Counted from the stretch's first letter, positions 16,992 through 24,000 are shown. The stretch is DNA of 24,000 bases from Thermococcus sp. MV5 (GCF_012027425.1 NZ_SNUE01000004.1:113887-137886); one strand, 5' to 3'. Translations and numbers: made by a program. The notes: generated by a model not told the origin, from the sequence alone.

Positions 16992-17046
16992 GCCTGACTT
17001 TTCCTTACACTAAAGGACAGAGCTTTCAAAAGAAAAATGTAAAGCA
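16992..17046. repeat. Dispersed hairpin repeat, copy C (degenerate)
   Basis: GCCTGACTTTTCCTTACACTAAAGGACAGAGCTTTCAAAAGAAAAATGTAAAGCA aligns with copies A, B and D. It abuts the point where homology of the truncated binding-protein gene ends. Confidence 0.55.
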
Positions 17047-17740
17047 CCTTTATCGTCCTCAAGTATCTTAAGACCAAAGAGGTCAACACGGGCATCTGTA
17101 GTGTAAGCGGAAATTGCATCTACTTGGTCGTTCTTTATAGCTTCATACATTAATGTGGGTTCATCTGCTTAACATCCCCAAAGGTGAAACCATATACCTC
17201 TTTAATCCTCGGCAACCCGTCTGGTCTCGTAGCAAATTCTGGATCTGTACCTAAAACCATGTTGGGAGCATATGGAGCTAAATCACTCAACTTTTGAAGG
17301 CCATTTTTCTCAGCAAATTCTTTCTTCACAGCTATCGCATAGTCGTCCCTAAAACCCAATTTTACAACCGTTAAAACACCATCACGACTGAGCATTTCCT
17401 CTTTACTCTTTTCATATACATAATCAGGATCCCAGTTTTCTGGAGGATTAAGTTTAAGAATATTATTGTATGCTGTTCCAGTGTACTCCACATAAATATG
17501 AATTTGGCCCTTCTTCAATGCTTCATAATTTACCAGTGTTCCACCAAGCCCCTCTTTTACCTCAGCCTTATAGCCGTTATTCTCCAAGAGAAGAGCTATC
17601 ATATGGGCCAAAATGTACTGTTCATTGAATGGTTTAGAGCCAATAACTATCGTGGGGACTTCTTCTTTTTCACTTATGCAACCACTTAGAAAAGAAACCA
17701 AAACCAAGCTTCCAACAATCAAAGCAGCTAATTTGTGCAT
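17040..17740 (-). pseudogene. Glycine-betaine/osmoprotectant-type ABC substrate-binding lipoprotein, frameshifted and 3'-truncated
   Basis: It has a lipobox signal ([21 protein letters not shown]) and an OpuAC-like body. The reading frame stops at 17150 (KQMNPH*), but a different frame continues as [39 protein letters not shown]. The shift maps to the GGG run at 17157-17159. The expected last 50 or so residues are absent, and no permease or ATPase gene is nearby. Confidence 0.65.
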
Positions 17741-17819
17741 TCTTACACACCTCTACTATATTGTTCGAGCATTTTAATAAACTTTTCGAAAAATTAAAAG
17801 TAAAAGTATAGAGTTCGAA

Positions 17820-18629
17820 CTAACCTAGCATAGAATCCAAGAAGAGCATTACATAGAAGCCAATGAAGAATCCAAGAGTTACATAGAGCTCATTTTCCTC
17901 CCTTTTGTATATCTCCGGGATCATTTCTTTCACAGTTACGTAAAGCATTGCTCCTCCTGCTAGGCCCAAACCGTAAGGAAGGAGATTGCGAAATGTTGTA
18001 AAGAAGAGTGCACCAACAAGCACCATGACCATTTCCGCTACACCACTCAAGCTCCCCATCAGAATTGGTTGGAGTCGTTTCTTTTGGAGAGTTGCCAAGG
18101 GAAGAGAAATCACCGCTCCCTCTGGAAAATCTTGAATACCTATCGCTATGGCTGTGATAATACCGGTCCTTAGATCAAAGACTATTGAAGTGCCCACTGC
18201 AAGGCCTTCAGGGAGATTGTGAATTACAACAGCAAGAACTATGAGCCAAATCACTCTGAGCCTATCCTTCAGCTCTTTTGGACCTTCGTACCCCCGAACT
18301 AAGTGCTCATGTGGGATAAACCTATCCAACACATAAATAAACAGTACTCCTGAAAGTATTCCAATTCCTGCTGGAGTAAAACTATTTGTAAATTCAATCG
18401 CTGGCAGTATTAAGCTGGTGAAACTAGCCACAATCATAACTCCAGCAGCAAAAGATAAGCTCACATCAATTCCCCACTCTGGCAGCTTATTGGAGAATAT
18501 AGCCAACAAAGAGCCCAGTGAAGTCATTATTGCCACAAAGAGACCTGCATAGAAAGAGACCACTACGAGATTGCCCCCCGATATATCGAGCAAGTATTCC
18601 CCAAGTCTTGCAATAGAGCTCTCTAGCAC
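17820..18629 (-). CDS. zupT: ZIP-family divalent metal transporter (ZupT/GufA-like)
   Basis: It has HNLPEGLAVG and QDFPEGAVISLPL motifs and multiple TM helices. I chose the GTG start at 18629 because of AGGTGGTT-N4-GTG. The ORF track starts at 18680 and would overlap the upstream gene. Confidence 0.8.
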   Translation of the reverse strand: MLESSIARLGEYLLDISGGNLVVVSFYAGLFVAIMTSLGSLLAIFSNKLPEWGIDVSLSFAAGVMIVASFTSLILPAIEFTNSFTPAGIGILSGVLFIYVLDRFIPHEHLVRGYEGPKELKDRLRVIWLIVLAVVIHNLPEGLAVGTSIVFDLRTGIITAIAIGIQDFPEGAVISLPLATLQKKRLQPILMGSLSGVAEMVMVLVGALFFTTFRNLLPYGLGLAGGAMLYVTVKEMIPEIYKREENELYVTLGFFIGFYVMLFLDSMLG

Positions 18630-18666
18630 TTTTAACCACCTGATAAATAAAATTGTCAAAAAAGTA

Positions 18667-19188
18667 TTACGGACCAACATGCATCATTTGGGAGTACATT
18701 TCCCAGTCAAGGAGAAGCTCATACTCTGTCTTCAGAATGAAGTAGTGCGTATTTTCCATAGAAGCAAGATACCTAAGAAGACCTTTTTTAGCATTGTCTT
18801 GCGTCATATCTTCAAGCTTTGAGTAAAACTCTTTAGCTATTCTTTCGGCCTCCATTGCCCAACGAATAAGCTCTAATATATCGTGAACATCTTTAACTTT
18901 CTCTAAAACCGGTTTCAACTCAGGGCCTACATGTTCTTTCGGAAATACAATATCTTCTCCCGGGAAGGACTGAGCATAAAGCTTTCTCAAAAACTCTTCA
19001 TGCTTTTCCTCTTCACCTGCAAGAAACTCAAGCTTCTTTTTTAAGGTTTCTACACCCACATTCTCAGCCATGCTTCTATAAAACTCCTTTGCCCCAATTT
19101 CAGCCTTTATAGCCATTCCCAAAAGTTCCCTAAGGGAGAATTCATTTACCCTCTCAAGAGGAATTCCCATATCCATATTAACCACCAT
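18667..19188 (-). CDS. Rubrerythrin-like ferritin-fold diiron protein without rubredoxin domain
   Basis: The ligand helices are KAEIGAKEFY, GEEEKH, EAERIAKEFY and MENTH. GAGGTGAT-N4-ATG defines the start at 19188. Confidence 0.8.
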   Translation of the reverse strand: MVVNMDMGIPLERVNEFSLRELLGMAIKAEIGAKEFYRSMAENVGVETLKKKLEFLAGEEEKHEEFLRKLYAQSFPGEDIVFPKEHVGPELKPVLEKVKDVHDILELIRWAMEAERIAKEFYSKLEDMTQDNAKKGLLRYLASMENTHYFILKTEYELLLDWEMYSQMMHVGP

Positions 19189-19326
19189 TTGTATCACCTC
19201 ATTTCAAAAACCTGATATTATCTAATAGAACCTCCTTTGTACTAAAACCTTTCCATTTGATAAAGTTTTTAAATAGCAAAAAAACTATTCACGGGCATAC
19301 TGAGATTCTATCTCGAGATTGCTAAA

Positions 19327-19920
19327 TCAGATTCTAGCTACATAACGCAATCTCACGAGAGTATAAATCCAAATGACGAGCGACAATAAATAGATTATTG
19401 GAGCCATTGTTCTAGTAGATTGGAGTGCATTGAGCCAAATGAAGACCACAAATATCCAAGATGAAATTTTTGCGAGTGTTTTGTAATTTTCTGGCGTTCT
19501 AACGTATCCTGCTATTGCATTAATGAGGAGAATCAATGAGACTGAAGATCCTAATTCAATAACATGAAACCCCTTATTCTCAACCAAGACCGTAGAACCC
19601 ATTATAAGCACTATTTGCAAGAGCATTGTCCAAGTTGCTTTCACAAGCTTACTCTCGGAGAGAGAATATGCTATCATGGCAGGGCCTAAAAGAATTGCAA
19701 TACTTATAATGGCCTCGTGAACCTCTAACATAGTGGCAATAAACCCAAGTGAGGTTAAAATACCTCCAAGAAGAATATAGCGAGAGAGTCGCCTACCCCT
19801 GAGCCTTACTTTTTCTATTTGCTGTGATAAGTTCCATGTGAGAAAAATTCCTACAAGCACCAAAATACCACCAATACTCATGAAGATTTGATATTGGTCA
19901 ATCATGTTCCCATCATCCAC
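19327..19920 (-). CDS. Uncharacterised integral membrane protein (about 6 TM helices)
   Basis: A hydrophobic 197-aa ORF with no recognisable motif. A TATAAACA box at + strand 19935-19942 lies close to the start, so a near-leaderless transcript that initiates at the ATG at 19905 is an alternative. Confidence 0.6.
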   Translation of the reverse strand: MDDGNMIDQYQIFMSIGGILVLVGIFLTWNLSQQIEKVRLRGRRLSRYILLGGILTSLGFIATMLEVHEAIISIAILLGPAMIAYSLSESKLVKATWTMLLQIVLIMGSTVLVENKGFHVIELGSSVSLILLINAIAGYVRTPENYKTLAKISSWIFVVFIWLNALQSTRTMAPIIYLLSLVIWIYTLVRLRYVARI

Positions 19921-19970
19921 GTCTTTGACTATTATGTTTATACAGAAAAGTAAATAAATCTTCCGAATAT

Positions 19971-19992
19971 ATTGAAAAAATTTGAGAAAAAA
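19971..19992 (-). terminator. Oligo-T tract terminator candidate after the rubredoxin-SOR operon
   Basis: On the - strand, two T6 runs (TTTTTTCTCAAATTTTTT) begin directly after the SOR stop codon. This is the usual form of archaeal intrinsic termination signals. Confidence 0.5.
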
Positions 19993-20340
19993 TCACTCAA
20001 ATACAACCTCGTTTTCCCAGAGGCCATGGATGTTACAATAGCTTAAGGCATAAAGCTTCCCTTTTTTAACCGTCTTAAAGAAGAATTTAGCTATGGGCTC
20101 TGTTAAGGGATCTGTGTGGTTTGCAAATTCTGCCCTGCCAACAAGTATAGGAAAGTTCTCCCCCTCTGGGTGGAAGTAAAGTTCGATCCAGACTATATGA
20201 TGTTCGGGAGTATTTGGATGTGGAATTTCCTTACCAACTTGAACTTTTACTTTTACCAAATCCCCTTCTTTTTTGTACTCTATAACAGGTACATGTTTTT
20301 CTCCTTTCCAATCCCCACTTCTTATAGTTCCACTAATCAT
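19993..20340 (-). CDS. sor: Superoxide reductase (1Fe-SOR, neelaredoxin type)
   Basis: MISGTIRSGDWKGEKHVPVIEY...IPHPNTPEHHIVWIELYF...LYALSYCNIHGLWENEV is nearly identical in pattern to P. furiosus SOR, including the His4-Cys ligands. GAGGTGGT-N4-ATG defines the start. Confidence 0.95.
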   Translation of the reverse strand: MISGTIRSGDWKGEKHVPVIEYKKEGDLVKVKVQVGKEIPHPNTPEHHIVWIELYFHPEGENFPILVGRAEFANHTDPLTEPIAKFFFKTVKKGKLYALSYCNIHGLWENEVVFE

Positions 20341-20350
20341 ATCAACCACC

Positions 20351-20515
20351 TCAATCCTCTATCTTCTCGAACATATCTTTTGGGGCCCCACAGAGCGGGC
20401 ATACCCAATCATCCGGTATTTCCTCAAATTTCGTTCCTGGATTAACCCCACTGTCTGGATCCCCTGCTTCTTCATCATATATATACCCACATACTATACA
20501 TTTCCACTTTGCCAT
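20351..20515 (-). CDS. rub: Rubredoxin
   Basis: [54 protein letters not shown] is 54 aa with two CxxCG knuckles. An AGGTGGTG SD is present. The 82-aa ORF in the track is an upstream over-extension. Confidence 0.95.
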   Translation of the reverse strand: MAKWKCIVCGYIYDEEAGDPDSGVNPGTKFEEIPDDWVCPLCGAPKDMFEKIED

Positions 20516-20591
20516 GTTTCCACCACCTAATATTACTAGGTCGACCTTAAAAAGTTTGTGTTCCAAACCAATATGGTTAAAAATTGAAAAG

Positions 20592-21107
20592 TCATTCAAA
20601 CACTACAAACTTTTCTCTCGAAGCCCCACACACTGGACAGTATTCAGGAGCCTCATCTATAACTGTGTATCCACATACTGGGCATATGTAGACCCTCTTT
20701 ATTTCAAGATCTTTTTTCTGTTCTGCCAGTTCTTTGGCTTCCTTGTAAAGCTCTGCATGAATTTTTTCTGCCTCCAAAGCATAATGAGTACTCCTCACAG
20801 CCTCTTTCTCACCTTGAAGCTCAGCAGTTGCTTTGTAAACTGGATACATCTCTTCGACTTCAAAAGTTTCTCCATCTATTGCTATCTGAAGGTTGCTAGG
20901 AGTGTCCTTAATGTTGCCAAGTGCTTGATAGTGATTTTTAGCATGTACAAGCTCAGCAAAAGCTATTGCTCTAAAGAGCTTTGCTATATTCGGGAATCCT
21001 TCCCTCTCAGCAACATCCGCAAAAATTAGATATCTCATATGCGCTTGGCTCTCCCCTGCATATGCATCTTCAAGAAACTTCTTTGTCATTTTCCTTTCAA
21101 CCACCAT
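20592..21107 (-). CDS. rbr: Rubrerythrin (diiron domain plus C-terminal rubredoxin-like domain)
   Basis: [27 protein letters not shown]...CPVCGYTV...[15 protein letters not shown] is 171 aa and collinear with my recollection of P. furiosus rubrerythrin. GGGGTGAT-N4-ATG defines the start. The 208-aa ORF in the track over-extends into the NROR gene. Confidence 0.95.
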   Translation of the reverse strand: MVVERKMTKKFLEDAYAGESQAHMRYLIFADVAEREGFPNIAKLFRAIAFAELVHAKNHYQALGNIKDTPSNLQIAIDGETFEVEEMYPVYKATAELQGEKEAVRSTHYALEAEKIHAELYKEAKELAEQKKDLEIKRVYICPVCGYTVIDEAPEYCPVCGASREKFVVFE

Positions 21108-21137
21108 TGCTATCACCCCAAAAGGCATTATTAATTC

Positions 21138-21165
21138 GATAGAGAAATATAAAAGGTTTTCTATC
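21138..21165 (-). promoter_or_regulatory. rbr promoter: TATA box flanked by an inverted repeat
   Basis: GATAGAGAAA (21138-21147), TATAAAAGG (21148-21156), then TTTTCTATC (21157-21165). The TATA box lies about 41-49 nt upstream of the rbr ATG. Confidence 0.45.
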
Positions 21166-21192
21166 CGAAACTTATAAAGAGGGGCGAAAATA

Positions 21193-22284
21193 TTAAAGTT
21201 CGTTAACGCTAACCCCAAGTTTTATTTTCCTTTCACATTTCAATGCTCTTTTCACATCCTTAACGATAACTGCTCCAACAACCCGTTCTCCTTTTAGGAA
21301 TACTTTTGTTTTATCATCTACCCACTTCCCATTCCCCTTTATTTCTCCTATGATAGCTATGGGGAAGTCACCAAACTTAAAAACGGTAGAACGAAACTCA
21401 AAAGCATATCTATCCTCTTCACCTCGTATGAGATTTGCAAGAACTCTCGCGTGTCCCATTGCACCTTTAGCGGTTCCACAGATTATTCCATTATATTCTG
21501 CACAGTCTCCAATGGCATAAACATCCCGAGCCGAGGTCCTGAATTTATCATCGATCAAAACCCCTCGACCCGCATGAATGCCACTCTTCAGAGCAAGTTC
21601 TTTGTTCGGGATTATCCCTATTGCACAGATTTTTACTCTTCCCTCTATATACCCCTTCTCAGTGAAAACACCCTCTTTATCAGCTTTTAATACATTGGCA
21701 TTTAAATAGAATTCCACGCCTTTAGATGCAAGCTCTTCTATTATCAGTTTTGTAAGCTCATTATCAAGACCAAGAAGAGTACTTCCTCTATGAACAAGTT
21801 TAACCCTATAGCCAGCTTTTGATAAGTTGCCCGCCAGCTCAAGCCCTATAAACCCACCTCCAACGATAAGGACATCACCCTCATTTTCAACTAGTTGCTT
21901 TATTTTCTCTGCATCTTTTAATGTTCTGAGTGGCATTAGATTCTCTTTTCCTTCTATCATTGGCTCCCTAGCCCTAGCTCCTGTGGCTATTACGAGAAGA
22001 TCATAAGGAAGTTCTCCCGCACTCGTTATCAGTTTTTTACGGCCTCTATCTATAACCTCCGCTTTAGTCCCCAACCTTAGCTCTATCCCTTTATTTTCAT
22101 ACCACTCAAACGAATAAGGAAAAAGTTTCTCCTTTTTTACAGTCCCTGCTATGTAATGACTCAACATAGGCTTGGTATAGTAAGGAAGATCCTCCTGCTC
22201 TATGATAGTTATCTCGTATTCGTCGGAAAGTTGCTTTGCTAATTCAGCTCCCCCCGGGCCATTTCCAACAATCAAAAATCCCAT
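21193..22284 (-). CDS. NAD(P)H:rubredoxin oxidoreductase (FAD-dependent pyridine nucleotide-disulfide oxidoreductase family)
   Basis: It has the FAD fingerprint [12 protein letters not shown], the NAD(P)H fingerprint [13 protein letters not shown] and the AIGDCAE motif. It is 363 aa. The genomic context with rubredoxin supports the NROR assignment. Confidence 0.85.
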   Translation of the reverse strand: MGFLIVGNGPGGAELAKQLSDEYEITIIEQEDLPYYTKPMLSHYIAGTVKKEKLFPYSFEWYENKGIELRLGTKAEVIDRGRKKLITSAGELPYDLLVIATGARAREPMIEGKENLMPLRTLKDAEKIKQLVENEGDVLIVGGGFIGLELAGNLSKAGYRVKLVHRGSTLLGLDNELTKLIIEELASKGVEFYLNANVLKADKEGVFTEKGYIEGRVKICAIGIIPNKELALKSGIHAGRGVLIDDKFRTSARDVYAIGDCAEYNGIICGTAKGAMGHARVLANLIRGEEDRYAFEFRSTVFKFGDFPIAIIGEIKGNGKWVDDKTKVFLKGERVVGAVIVKDVKRALKCERKIKLGVSVNEL

Positions 22285-22293
22285 AAAATTCCC

Positions 22294-22836
22294 TCATGGC
22301 TGAGTTCTAGGTTTATAATATATCTCCACCTGATTAAATATTACATGCGCTGGTATCTCAGCATATTCGGGCTTTCCTCTCATCAGCCCTTCAAGGTACT
22401 CTTTATGGGCTTCAATAGCTTTATAGTGTGCTCTTTCCTGTGTAGCTAGGAAATCAAAGAGGGTTTTATGTTCGGGAAGCTTTTGAGCCAAAAGAGTGTA
22501 AACTCTTTCAGCGGTCTTTTCATTCATGAGGGCTGTTTTCAATGCCTCCACTAAGTTTCCGAGAGTTACGATATTAACCGTGCTCTCTACAAGGGGAATA
22601 TTTTCTGGGACTGTATACTCTTTATCCCCAAAGATATCATCATAGAGGTTCAAGAGAAGTGTCTTATGGACCCGTTCGGCATTTGCAAGGTCTCTAAAGA
22701 ATTCTCCTATCAGCTCACCCTTCCCTTCAGCAAGTTTAAGATAGAATTGCCTCGCATCTTCCTCAGATGCAATTGCATATCCTAAAATCTCCTTTTCAGA
22801 GAGTTTCTCCAACTTTTTAACGATTTCTTCTTCCAT
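22294..22836 (-). CDS. Rubrerythrin-like ferritin-fold diiron protein without rubredoxin domain
   Basis: The ligand helices are ASEEDARQFY, NAERVH, NEKTAERVY and TQERAH. GGGGTAAT-N4-ATG favours a start at 22836; the ORF track starts at 22842. Its stop lies 9 nt before the NROR start, so the two are probably co-transcribed. Confidence 0.8.
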   Translation of the reverse strand: MEEEIVKKLEKLSEKEILGYAIASEEDARQFYLKLAEGKGELIGEFFRDLANAERVHKTLLLNLYDDIFGDKEYTVPENIPLVESTVNIVTLGNLVEALKTALMNEKTAERVYTLLAQKLPEHKTLFDFLATQERAHYKAIEAHKEYLEGLMRGKPEYAEIPAHVIFNQVEIYYKPRTQP

Positions 22837-22960
22837 TGACATTACCCCAATAATATTTTTTCATTAGCTTCTATTTAAGAGTATCCAAAACAATACCAAA
22901 AGTTTTCACCTAAAAGTAGATGATACTAGGCCTTAGGATACAATCTAAAAATTTAAAAAG

Positions 22961-24000
22961 TCATTTCCTAAGCTTTTGAATGAGCTTTCTTACAGCATCT
23001 CTTATCCTCACCTCGTCTTCTGGAGTGGTTTGACCTTTTACCTCAATTGTATCCACATGATCAAACTTTGATCTTTTGATGAGCGTCTCTATTTCCCTTC
23101 CCGCAACTCCCGCCCATCCAAAAGTACCAAGTATAAGCACAGGTTTCTCATAATTGGCTTTATCAAGTAACTCATAGAGAATGTATCTTATGCGGGGGTG
23201 TATATTTGCCTCATAAGTCGAGGCTCCAATTATCAAGGCCTCAGTATCAGGAACTTCTCCAAGGATATCACTGACTGCTGGTGCTTCTTTATCTGTAAAC
23301 TTATAAACTACCGAATTAAATCCCTGTGTCTTTAACTCATCAATAGCTATTTGGATACTTTTTTCAACAAATCCATACATTGAATCATAGACCACTAGAA
23401 CTTTTCCTTTTGTTGGAACCCCAGCTCCAACTTTTGCATAGTATTCAAAAATCCTCTGCGGCTTTTTACGCCATATTAAACCATGGCCAGGGAGAATCAT
23501 TTTAACATCGTTCACAATACCCAGATTCTTTATTTTCTCGAGATTTTCTACAATGTACTTGTGATAGTGGCCAATAACAGTTACAATATACTTCGTTATA
23601 TATGGGAGGTACTTCTCCACGATTTCCTCGTCACTATCATCTATTGCCTCAGGTATTGAGTATCCTCCCCCAACATCACAGCCAAAGATTATCTTGTCCT
23701 CAACCAAGTAAGTTATCATTGTATCGGGCCAGTGCAACCATGGAACTGTTATGAATTTTAACGTTCTGCTTCCTATTCTAAGCTCTTCTCCATCCTCAAT
23801 CGCGTGGATATTCTCCTTTATCCCAAAAAATGCCTCCAGAAGTCTTTTTGCAAATATAGTCCCAATTATTTTCGCTTTATAGCCGTTGGTCTCAAGCACC
23901 TTTGGTAATGCTCCACTATGGTCGGGTTCCATATGATGAACTACAATATGAGTTATCTCCTTAGGATCAACGAGGCTAGAAAGTGCCTCAAGAAATTCTT
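22961..24000 (-). CDS. fprA: Flavodiiron protein (FprA/A-type flavoprotein; metallo-beta-lactamase plus flavodoxin domains), N-terminus outside the window
   Basis: The reading frame stays open past the listed Met to the window edge and contains VVHHMEPDHSG (the H-x-E-x-D-H diiron motif). A C-terminal flavodoxin-like domain is present (KVLVVYDSMYG...GTFGWAG). Confidence 0.9.
   Translation of the reverse strand, partial: EFLEALSSLVDPKEITHIVVHHMEPDHSGALPKVLETNGYKAKIIGTIFAKRLLEAFFGIKENIHAIEDGEELRIGSRTLKFITVPWLHWPDTMITYLVEDKIIFGCDVGGGYSIPEAIDDSDEEIVEKYLPYITKYIVTVIGHYHKYIVENLEKIKNLGIVNDVKMILPGHGLIWRKKPQRIFEYYAKVGAGVPTKGKVLVVYDSMYGFVEKSIQIAIDELKTQGFNSVVYKFTDKEAPAVSDILGEVPDTEALIIGASTYEANIHPRIRYILYELLDKANYEKPVLILGTFGWAGVAGREIETLIKRSKFDHVDTIEVKGQTTPEDEVRIRDAVRKLIQKLRK

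Noticed and set aside
15340-17046. Reading the three clustered repeat copies (D, B, C) as attC-like sites of an integron-type cassette array
   Set aside because: There is no integrase gene in the window. The cassettes have mixed gene orientation, only two of the four copies keep a good hairpin, and copy A is 5.5 kb away. I keep this only as a remote hypothesis under the repeat finding.
17805-17820. TTCGAA / GAGTTCGAAC strings resembling a tRNA T-arm, and GTTCGAAC as a SurR-like site
   Set aside because: The flanks are AT-rich with no acceptor or anticodon stems, so it is not a tRNA. The GTT/AAC spacing is 2 nt, not 3, so it does not fit the SurR motif.
19300-19320. Small hairpin GAGAT-TCT-ATCTC downstream of the 6-TM protein gene
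   Set aside because: A 5-bp stem is expected by chance, and archaeal termination relies on T-tracts rather than hairpins.
20116-21029. Forward-strand ORFs 20116..20445, 20273..20530 and 20514..21029
   Set aside because: These are antisense shadows of the strongly supported SOR, rubredoxin and rubrerythrin genes. Their translations are low-complexity and hydrophobic, and they have no start signals.
21108-21218. N-terminal extension of rubrerythrin ([11 protein letters not shown]...) that overlaps the NROR 3' end
   Set aside because: The homologue I recall starts at MVV(K/E)R.MTKKFLE. The SD sits in front of that Met, and the extension covers the TATA box and inverted repeat.
1-24000. Search for CRISPR arrays, tRNA or rRNA genes, intact IS transposases or integrases, and toxin-antitoxin or defence-system gene pairs
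   Set aside because: I saw no regularly spaced direct repeats, no cloverleaf-compatible GC-rich segments and no transposase, integrase or defence-type domains in any long ORF.

Overview
This window looks like a chromosomal segment of a hyperthermophilic euryarchaeon of the Thermococcales (Pyrococcus/Thermococcus-like). The evidence is an AT-rich genome, Shine-Dalgarno boxes of the GAGGTGAT type placed 4-5 nt before start codons, and proteins that from memory align closely with P. furiosus SOR, rubredoxin and rubrerythrin, P. abyssi Nip7 and P. horikoshii AlaRS. Positions 1-15.9 kb are mostly housekeeping or conserved genes: M28 peptidase, metallophosphoesterase, nitrilase-like C-N hydrolase, a HEAT-repeat protein, alaS, Nif3, Elp3, an HEXXH peptidase, YkgJ, Nip7 and GNAT. 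Positions 16.1-24 kb form a dense oxygen/ROS-detoxification island. It holds a flavodiiron protein (FprA), NAD(P)H:rubredoxin oxidoreductase, rubrerythrin, rubredoxin and superoxide reductase. It also holds three rubredoxin-less rubrerythrin-like four-helix-bundle paralogues, one two-helix EncFtn-like half-ferritin, a ZIP metal transporter and an uncharacterised membrane protein. Several things are not explained by the plain ORF track. (i) A roughly 55-nt dispersed repeat occurs in four co-oriented copies; the hairpin core of the two best-preserved copies differs by compensatory changes, and copies sit at the breakpoints of two decayed genes and bracket a two-gene ferritin cassette. (ii) A 37-aa ribosomal protein eL41 gene is hidden inside an 81-aa ORF. 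(iii) A candidate C/D-box sRNA fills the 50-nt gap after the HEAT-repeat gene. (iv) There are two frameshifted genes, a TrmB-like regulator and an orphan ABC substrate-binding lipoprotein. (v) Palindromes overlap promoters inside the redox island. I found no tRNA, rRNA, CRISPR array or intact transposase. Many six-frame ORFs are over-extended at the 5' end, so I re-called starts using the recurring SD-N4/5-ATG phasing.
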